DNA of 64,000 nt from Patescibacteria group bacterium (GTDB taxonomy: Bacteria > Patescibacteriota > Minisyncoccia > Phycocordibacterales > JACOZG01). Location: positions 197,373 through 261,372 of the forward strand of contig JBBTQW010000002.1 of the NCBI GenBank assembly GCA_038065495.1, read 5' to 3'. Of the stretch, positions 40,487 through 47,760 are shown piece by piece. A program made the position numbers and the translations under genes. Numbering within the stretch: the first letter of the stretch is position 1; the number at the start of each line of letters is the position of its first letter. Under the pieces are notes generated by a model. It was not told the DNA's origin, made no database searches, and saw only the letters and a program-made list of their open reading frames with translations.

Positions 40487-40804
40487 TTACCAGTTGCTGC
40501 CGCCACCACCATTACCACCGCGATCGAAACCGCCATTGCGGCGAGGAGGACGAGCCTCCAGTGGGCGGGCTTCATTGACGGTCAACTTGCGACCTTCAAA
40601 ATCTTTCCCGTTCCACATTTCGATAGCTTTGTCGGCCTCTTCATCAGTGACCATTTGGACGAACCCGAAGCCTTTTGAGCGACCAGTCATCCGATCCATG
40701 ATGATGTTAGCAGACTCTACATTACCAGCCTGAGCGAAAGCGCTTTTCAACGCTTCGTCCGTGGTGCTGTAGGGCAAACCGCCGACATATAATTTCTTAG
40801 CCAT
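40487..40804 (-). CDS. RRM RNA-binding protein
   Basis: KLYVGGL (RNP2), KGFGFV (RNP1), Gly-rich tail; TTGACA-16-TATACT upstream, terminator 40423-40465. Confidence 0.95.
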   Translation of the reverse strand: MAKKLYVGGLPYSTTDEALKSAFAQAGNVESANIIMDRMTGRSKGFGFVQMVTDEEADKAIEMWNGKDFEGRKLTVNEARPLEARPPRRNGGFDRGGNGGGGSNW

Positions 40805-40971
40805 TTATTGTGTATTTTTTACCAATTTTGTAAGGCGACCCTTTCTCCTGGTTCTTCCTTACGCCACTAGTGCGAAAGAATACATCGCGAGAAAACACTT
40901 ACATCGTCAAGTATAGCAAATGGTCAGATTTTGTCAAGTACCCAGTCTGCTGTGGATAAAGTGGGGAAATC

Positions 40972-41170
40972 TAGACAAAACTACCAGCGCAAAGGACCCA
41001 GCCCGTTGCCGAGCCAGATCCCCGCCTGATAAATAGAGACTGAGGGAAAGTTCCTCATTGTGCATATAGTGGTTCCCGCAACCGCGTCGTCAGAGCTAAT
41101 TAAGAACGCGACAACGTGGCAATTTGGGATCCAAAGTTAATGATATTGCTAGGAACATCCTCCGCCTCTA
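40972..41170 (-). ncRNA. Candidate 6S-like rod-shaped RNA
   Basis: End-to-end pairing TAGAGGC/GTCTCTA, GTTCCT/AGGAAC, TGGATCCC/GGGAACCA with central bubble; TATTAT upstream; 3' hairpin. Confidence 0.4.
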
Positions 41171-41199
41171 CTAATAATAACGTTTGAGAAGCTAGAATC

Positions 41200-42591
41200 T
41201 TACAACTTTTCCACCAACATTTTCTGCAACACTTCCGGATTCGCACTGCCTTTACTCGCTTTCATCCCCTGACCAACCAAGAACTGGAGCGCACTCGCTT
41301 TCCCCGCTTTATAATCAGCCACCACTTTTGCATTATCAGTAATAATTTTCTCAATAATCTCTGTCAGATCAACAGCAACAGTTACTTCAGCGGTTTTTCC
41401 TTCTTCTACCAATAATTTAATCTGGTCTTTCGCTTGTCTAGAATTAATTTTTTTAGCGCCAAATAAGTTCACAATCTTTGCGAAGTTACCAGAATCAGGC
41501 AGTTTGAGTTTAGAATCTTTTTTCAATAATCCCAGCACATCGTTGGTAATAAAATTAGAAGCGAGTACCACAAAGTCTTTATTTTCTAATTCTGGAATTA
41601 GTTTCTCGAAAAATTCATCTAACTCTAGATCACTCACGAAGACTTCGATATCTTCGCTCTTGATGCCATAATCTCGCGCATATCTTTCTCTTTTCTGCGT
41701 TGGTAACTCCGGCAGAGTTTTAGTTAAATTTTCCACACTAAATTCAGCAATTTCTGACAACTTCAATTTTGGCAAATCCGGATCAGGAAAATACCGGTAA
41801 TCATGCGAAGATTCTTTCTTCCGTTGTGAGAAAGTAACTTGCTTGGCATCATCCCAACCGCGCGTCTCTTGCACTACCTTCTCGCCACTTTCTAGAACTT
41901 CTTTCTGTCTCACCAATTCATATTCAATCGCGCGTTCTACCGACCTAAAAGAGTTGAGATTTTTCACTTCTACTTTTGTCCCCCTTTCTCCAGGTTTAGC
42001 AATAGAAATATTCGCTTCCACGCGCATCTCACCCTTCTCCATATTCGCTTCTGAAACATCTAAATATCGCAAGAGCAACTGAAATTCTCTGGCAAAGTCG
42101 CCCGCTTGCTTGGCACTCGTAATCACCGGCTCGGTCACCAGCTCCATCAGCGGCACACCAGCACGATTGAAGTCGACTAAACTCTCGCCGTCTTTCTCAT
42201 CAGAGTGCTGATTCCGCGCTGTGTCTTCTTCAAGATGGATTCTCGTCAGCTCCACGCCATTTAATTTCCCGCCCGAAACAAGCGGAAACTGATACTGACT
42301 AATCTGATAACCTTTCGGAATATCCGGATAGAAGTAATTTTTCCGATCAAATTCTGTATAATCAGCCAGCTTTCCGCCCAGAGCGAGACCGACGCGCAAG
42401 ACATGTTCGACGGCTTTTTTATTAATCGTCGGCAAAGTGCCAGGATGCGCGAGGCAAACCGGGCAGATGTTGATATTTGGTTTAGGCGCGTCCGGATCGT
42501 TCTTGCTCCGGCAGAACATCTTCGTCGCCGTCTTGAGCTCCGCATGCACTTCCAAGCCAATCGTCAACACTAATTCAGAATTTTCTGCCAT
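41200..42591 (-). CDS. gatB: Asp/Glu-tRNA amidotransferase subunit B
   Basis: IGLEVHAEL, FDRKNYFYPD, DFNRAGVPLME, YRYFPDPDL. Confidence 0.98.
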   Translation of the reverse strand: MAENSELVLTIGLEVHAELKTATKMFCRSKNDPDAPKPNINICPVCLAHPGTLPTINKKAVEHVLRVGLALGGKLADYTEFDRKNYFYPDIPKGYQISQYQFPLVSGGKLNGVELTRIHLEEDTARNQHSDEKDGESLVDFNRAGVPLMELVTEPVITSAKQAGDFAREFQLLLRYLDVSEANMEKGEMRVEANISIAKPGERGTKVEVKNLNSFRSVERAIEYELVRQKEVLESGEKVVQETRGWDDAKQVTFSQRKKESSHDYRYFPDPDLPKLKLSEIAEFSVENLTKTLPELPTQKRERYARDYGIKSEDIEVFVSDLELDEFFEKLIPELENKDFVVLASNFITNDVLGLLKKDSKLKLPDSGNFAKIVNLFGAKKINSRQAKDQIKLLVEEGKTAEVTVAVDLTEIIEKIITDNAKVVADYKAGKASALQFLVGQGMKASKGSANPEVLQKMLVEKL

Positions 42592-42624
42592 AATTATCCG
42601 TCAACTTTATCACAATTTTAGACA

Positions 42625-42812
42625 TAAAAAAACCGGCCGCCACACTCTCGCACTAGTGGGCGACCGGACCTGGAGCCAGCCTAACTGGTACCCAGGAGCA
42701 TGTATCGTTAGCTTGCAATGCAAGCCAGAAAGAGCAAATTAATTGCGGAGGAGTCAGATGAACTGAAACATCGCGGGGTGTCCACCTGACTCCTCCATGC
42801 ACACTACCGACT
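42625..42812 (-). ncRNA. Candidate structured small RNA (or SD-sequestered 25-aa ORF)
   Basis: TTGACA-18-TAGGCT promoter, 17-bp stem, further hairpins, terminator ending TTTTTTTATGTCTAAA. Confidence 0.5.
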
Positions 42813-42953
42813 ACTCCCAGCCTATCACCAAGGCTATTTTTATGTCAAATCTTTGCAAATAAAAAAAGCCACCCCAACCAAAGCTCGGGGTGGCCGGCTA
42901 GAGCCAACGCGGGGGAACGTACAGCGCGAGGCACAGCCTGTCATCCAGATTCA

Positions 42954-43961
42954 TTATAACATATACCTCACCTCCTCCTCCAGTTTTATCCCAAATTTTT
43001 TCCAGACTTTATTTTTTAACAAATTAGCCAGTTTTTTTACATCTTTCGCTGTGCCACCGCCGTCATTGATGATCAAATTGCCATGCCAGTCAGAAACATG
43101 AATCGCGCCGGCTCTCATGTTGAGCGCGCCGGATTTTTCCAGTAACCAGCCGGTGTTTATTTTCCCATCTCTAATTTTACTAGCATCAACTTTCTGCAAA
43201 CTTTTTTTGCTCACATCTCGCACTAAAACATTTTTAAAAAAACTGCCCGGGCACTTTAAATTTTTCGGATATCTCTTCAGTCTAGTCTGTATAATCTCGC
43301 GTGATTTTTTCTGCAATTCTATTTTATTTCCCTTCTCTAACAAAAATTCTGCGCTCAAGATTAAATAATCTTTTGCCAGTTTAGTTTTGAAAATGCTATT
43401 TCTGTATGCAAATTTACAAGCTTGCTTGCTAATTTTTCTAATTCCGCCACCTGTCCTGAGCGCAGTCGAAGGGTCAAAAATCTGCACAGAAATTAGCTTG
43501 TCAGAAATAGCTTGTCCGTAAGCGCCGGCATTGCCCACCAGCGCGCCACCCACGGTGCCTGGGATGCCCGACAAGGCCTCCAGACCAGCCAAGCCGTGCC
43601 CAAGACTACTCTCGACCAAGCTCATCAGGGTGAGGCTTGCAGGCACTATCAGGCTCACTCTAGAGCCACTGTTTCTGAGGCTAATCTTAGCCTTTTTGCT
43701 ATTTTTACTTTTAGCGAGAAACTGGATCAGCAAACCGTGATAATCAGTATCAGCAAAGACGAGATTACTCCCGCCGGCGATAACGCGAAATGGAATCTCC
43801 AGAGCTCGCGCAAGCTTTACTATTTTTATTAACTCTTCAGCCTCGCTAATCTGCACATAATAATCAGCTCGACCTCTACCAACTTGGAAAGTAGTTAAAC
43901 TAGCCAGTGAAACATCACGTTTAAACAAAAACGGTGAGCCAGATTTAGAAGCGCTTGTCAT
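42954..43961 (-). CDS. murB: UDP-N-acetylmuramate dehydrogenase
   Basis: GGSNLV, GIPGTVGGA..NAGAYG, GSFFKN, HGNLIIN, LEEEV. Confidence 0.95.
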   Translation of the reverse strand: MTSASKSGSPFLFKRDVSLASLTTFQVGRGRADYYVQISEAEELIKIVKLARALEIPFRVIAGGSNLVFADTDYHGLLIQFLAKSKNSKKAKISLRNSGSRVSLIVPASLTLMSLVESSLGHGLAGLEALSGIPGTVGGALVGNAGAYGQAISDKLISVQIFDPSTALRTGGGIRKISKQACKFAYRNSIFKTKLAKDYLILSAEFLLEKGNKIELQKKSREIIQTRLKRYPKNLKCPGSFFKNVLVRDVSKKSLQKVDASKIRDGKINTGWLLEKSGALNMRAGAIHVSDWHGNLIINDGGGTAKDVKKLANLLKNKVWKKFGIKLEEEVRYML

Positions 43962-43997
43962 AACAGTAGAACAAGCCGAGAAAGATCAGTCCGGAAA

Positions 43998-44042
43998 TTA
44001 AAATAACGCTGATTTGCAGAGCAAGCATCAGCGTTATTTTAA
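43998..44042. terminator. Bidirectional-type hairpin terminator
   Basis: TTAAAATAACGCTGAT...ATCAGCGTTATTTTAA inverted repeat. Confidence 0.65.
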
Positions 44043-44059
44043 CATAAATTATTTAGTTT

Positions 44060-44950
44060 TTAAGCTTGAGAGAGAACGCGGAAGAAATATTGCGTATTGG
44101 GCGTGAGGCCAGTGAGCGTCACAGAGTGTTCGGTGACTTTTGGCTCGGTATTGCTCGTGACAGTCGAGTGAGCATAATCATAATTTGGCACATGAGTGAG
44201 ATCAATCGTCGGATGAGAAACGGTGTCGTAGATCACGCGGCTATCGGCTGGGATATTGGTCGTCCAGTGCACTACCGCGCTAGTCTGAGTAATGCCGTCC
44301 ACGTGGATATTACTGATGACAGGAGCAACACCAGTTGTGCCGGCGGTGACATTGAGCGTCACAGAATCAAAACTAGAACCGCCCGCGCCCGTGCAAGTGA
44401 GCGTGTAAGTGAGAGCGCCAACGGTATTAAGCGTGCCAGTAGATTCCGAACTATTGACTGGTTTAGAACCAGACCAAGAACCCGAAGCAGCACAGCTAGT
44501 AGCGTTCGTGCTCGTCCAGCTCAAGGTCGCGCTGGTGCCAGTAGCTACTGTAAGAGGACCATTGCCACCGTTTACCAATAAATTAACCGTTGGCGCAGTG
44601 GGAGTTGTTACGGCATTAACATTGATCGTACGAGAAACACTAGCCTGAGCCCCATCATGGTCAGCAACTGTGAGTGTCACTGTCTTAGAACCAGCTTCGG
44701 TATAAGTTTTACTAAAAGTATCGCCAGCACCAAAAGAACCATCTCCAAAGTTCCAAACATAAGAATAAAAAACGGCATTACCGCCAGAAGCAGAGCCGAC
44801 AAAGTTAAACGGTTGACCAACTGTTAAATTAGCGCCGGCAACCGGGCTAACGATATTAGCAGTGAGAGCTTGCTGGGCTATAGCCGGAGCAACGGCAAAA
44901 CCGCCAAAAATAAGGCTAATAATGACTAATTGGGCAAAAATGTTTTTCAT
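44060..44950 (-). CDS. Secreted PKD/Ig-like + fibronectin-III surface protein
   Basis: Signal peptide, WNFGDGS PKD motif, LTGLTPNTQYFFRV FN3 motif. Confidence 0.85.
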   Translation of the reverse strand: MKNIFAQLVIISLIFGGFAVAPAIAQQALTANIVSPVAGANLTVGQPFNFVGSASGGNAVFYSYVWNFGDGSFGAGDTFSKTYTEAGSKTVTLTVADHDGAQASVSRTINVNAVTTPTAPTVNLLVNGGNGPLTVATGTSATLSWTSTNATSCAASGSWSGSKPVNSSESTGTLNTVGALTYTLTCTGAGGSSFDSVTLNVTAGTTGVAPVISNIHVDGITQTSAVVHWTTNIPADSRVIYDTVSHPTIDLTHVPNYDYAHSTVTSNTEPKVTEHSVTLTGLTPNTQYFFRVLSQA

Positions 44951-45083
44951 ACCTATATAGCTACCATATCGCTCAAAAAAATGCAAGTGTTTACTGTAAA
45001 ATGTTCCGGCAATAAAAAAACCGTTTGCACCCTGGGGGAATGCAGACGGTTGTTGCTAAAACCAATCGGTTAGTCGATAAAGA

Positions 45084-45935
45084 CTAAGGATTGGTCTGAG
45101 TCTTAACGATCCGATGCTCGATCTGACCATCAGCAGAGGTCACCTGCACCAAATTCTCCCTGAAGCCCGTTGTCGCAAGATCGAGAGGATCGACAACAAG
45201 AGAAAAGGTGCGCAAGTTACCCAGTGGTTCGATCAAACGACGATTGTCGTAAGTGTCTACCTGCAGAATAAACGGTGGACTTCCGCCGACGATGTTGCCA
45301 CTGAAGGTCATTGCTCCTCCCACATGCAGAGTCTGCATATCAGTCGGGCTAGTGAGATTGATCTCCAGCGTCGCAGGATTATTCGGCTCTGGCGGATTGG
45401 GATTATTCGCGAGAACAATCACCAACACCCAAACTTGAGCATAGCCGGTGTTATCTTGGATGATAACGATGTACCGACCGGAGCCTGGCGGGAACCAAGT
45501 AAAGCGCAAGCTACTGCACAAGAGATTCATTTGCGCCACCATTGGACCCGGTCGCCACTCGTTGCCAGTCTGCACACCGGGGCCATAGACTTGGGCTATG
45601 GCCGAAGTCGCAGAAGGCCGGCACTGGAACAAGCCAGTGAAATCAGGGGTCAGACTACCGCCCGACCAACTGAACACTCCACCGGGAAACAAGACGCCGT
45701 TGATGGTATAGCCGCCAGTCTCGATTGGCATGGGCATTGGGCTGGCGTTGGGAGGAGGATTGGGTTGACCTCCATCACCTGGACAAATGAGCCACAAGAA
45801 TGGCGAGACGCCTCCCACCGCTGCGCAAACTTCAACATCTGGATTTTGCCCCGGTTGAGTGCAGCTCACTCCCATCAAGGGCGAAACGCCCACCACACAA
45901 CACAGCAATAACACCGATTTCTTAAACCAAAACAT
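45084..45935 (-). CDS. Orphan lipoprotein-like Ig-fold protein, cassette cargo
   Basis: Signal ending LMGVSC, Pro-rich linkers; AAAAGGAG SD, TGTTCTTTGAC boxA-like, terminator ~45010-45051. Confidence 0.7.
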   Translation of the reverse strand: MFWFKKSVLLLCCVVGVSPLMGVSCTQPGQNPDVEVCAAVGGVSPFLWLICPGDGGQPNPPPNASPMPMPIETGGYTINGVLFPGGVFSWSGGSLTPDFTGLFQCRPSATSAIAQVYGPGVQTGNEWRPGPMVAQMNLLCSSLRFTWFPPGSGRYIVIIQDNTGYAQVWVLVIVLANNPNPPEPNNPATLEINLTSPTDMQTLHVGGAMTFSGNIVGGSPPFILQVDTYDNRRLIEPLGNLRTFSLVVDPLDLATTGFRENLVQVTSADGQIEHRIVKTQTNP

Positions 45936-46048
45936 CGCTCACTCTCCTTTTGGCCAAGTCATTGGCCGTTTAGGGATTACGAATCTGGACTGAAAGTCTT
46001 TGAGCACACGTCAAAGAACAATGTTTACTATCTACATAACTATCAAAA

Positions 46049-47608
46049 CTACTCTAGCTTGTCAAGCGTTTCGTCCGCCACGAGTGGCGGCTGGACTGGA
46101 TCGCGATCGTCGAGGTCAGTTGCCAGAACTTCGCTCTCATCTACCACAATTTCATCAGCTTCTGTTTCGTCATCAGTAGTAGAAGTTAAATAAAATTTAT
46201 CATCACCAGATTCCGGGGCAGGCGTATCGGGATAACGGCTCAAGCGCCAGACCAAGAACAGCATAAACAGGATTGCTAAAATTAAGAGTGAAATAAGCAC
46301 CGTGCCGGCATTAAGATTAAACAAATTAAGCAAACCAATCGCCGCGGCTTGGAAAAAGTTAGGCCGTGTGGCTGTCTCGTTGGTCGTGGTGGCCGTGCTG
46401 GTAGCGGTCAGCTCGGCAAACAAATCATTATTAAAATCAACGCTGGAACTCAAATCGGCACTCTCCACGCTAGCGCCGGTTGAACCGTAAATCTGTCCGT
46501 AGTAATTGCGCAAGTCCAAATCGTTCTGGGTACTGCGGTAGCAATACACATTATTGATCGCCAGGCGCGTGGTGATAAAGACGTAACCAGTTGTCTCACT
46601 GATACCCCACGGATTAAGCACGTCGCGGAGGTACTGACTCTGGAAGCGTTCGACGGCTTCAAAATCCGCTTGGGTGTACACGCCAGTAATCGCTAAGTGC
46701 TCGCCCTCAAAGACGTTTAAGAACGCCTGTAACTTGCGCACTTCCACTGGATTATTGTTGCGCCCCAAGCGGATGTACTCACGCAAATACAGTGGACAGG
46801 CAAAAGGCACAGCCGTGCTGACGCCTAGCACTTGTCCCACGTAGCCAGAACTGCCACCGCCTCCGCCGCCACCACAATTCTGCGTACAGCCACCACCGCA
46901 GTTGGTGGTACAACCAGTTTCCGGAGCCAGAGTCGTGAAGCTATTCTCGCCCACTGTGTTCGAAGTGGTGGTAAAGCTATTTTCGCCAGGCGTTGTACTG
47001 GGCGTTGTACTAGTTGATGTGGTAAAGCTATTCTCACCAGCCGTCGTGTTGCCGGTAGTAAAGTTGTTCTCGCCCGTGGCATTAGCCGCCGTATTGCCGC
47101 CTTGTTCATCACTGATCGCCAAAGTGCCAGAGATCACGGCCGGAGTTGGCGTGGTTGGTGTAATGGGAACCACAACTTGATTCTCGCTAGCCGTGCTAGC
47201 CCCACCCTGCTCGGCACTAATAGCCAAGAGGGAGACCGGCGCAACTGGAGTCACAGTTTGAACATCAACTTCAGCTGCTACTTCTGTCTCAATCACTTCG
47301 GGCACAGTTACTATCACCTCAACAACTTCTGGAGTAACTTCGGGTGTAACGACTTCTGTTTCGGTTTCACTGGCCATTTCTACTTCTGCTGGCGCAATCG
47401 TCGGAGCATCAGGCGCCGCTACTGACTCGACCTTTGTTGTCTCATCTACCGTGATAACCGGCGCTGTTTCTTGCGCCGCCACGAAGTTACTAATTCCAGA
47501 CACAGTAAAGAGCCCAAGCAAGGCAAGGGCAAGCACACAAGTGCGCATTGTCGTTACGAGACGACTCTTTTTGGACATAGAATTGATAAAAAGACTTAAT
47601 TCCGACAC
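46049..47608 (-). CDS. Surface protein with low-complexity repeats, peptidoglycan-binding-like domain and C-terminal TM
   Basis: GEN[NS]FTT x4, GQVLG, EVRKLQAFLN..TGVY..AVERFQ, TM near C-terminus; start uncertain. Confidence 0.75.
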   Translation of the reverse strand: MSELSLFINSMSKKSRLVTTMRTCVLALALLGLFTVSGISNFVAAQETAPVITVDETTKVESVAAPDAPTIAPAEVEMASETETEVVTPEVTPEVVEVIVTVPEVIETEVAAEVDVQTVTPVAPVSLLAISAEQGGASTASENQVVVPITPTTPTPAVISGTLAISDEQGGNTAANATGENNFTTGNTTAGENSFTTSTSTTPSTTPGENSFTTTSNTVGENSFTTLAPETGCTTNCGGGCTQNCGGGGGGGSSGYVGQVLGVSTAVPFACPLYLREYIRLGRNNNPVEVRKLQAFLNVFEGEHLAITGVYTQADFEAVERFQSQYLRDVLNPWGISETTGYVFITTRLAINNVYCYRSTQNDLDLRNYYGQIYGSTGASVESADLSSSVDFNNDLFAELTATSTATTTNETATRPNFFQAAAIGLLNLFNLNAGTVLISLLILAILFMLFLVWRLSRYPDTPAPESGDDKFYLTSTTDDETEADEIVVDESEVLATDLDDRDPVQPPLVADETLDKLE

Positions 47609-47760
47609 CCAAAAGAGCCAGTCAATGTACTAGAGCTATCCTCAGAACTATCACAACGCTACTAAATAAGCAAGCTTCTGGCCTAACTAGCACACTCTAA
47701 ACTAGAGATTTTTATCAAAATTAACACCAAATTAAGCCGTAAAAACCTAAGAGACAAGAG

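Noticed and set aside
40805-40940. RRM gene promoter as another foreign cassette
   Set aside because: Has a -35/-10 promoter but no SD or boxA-like motif, and RRM proteins are common native genes; treated as resident.
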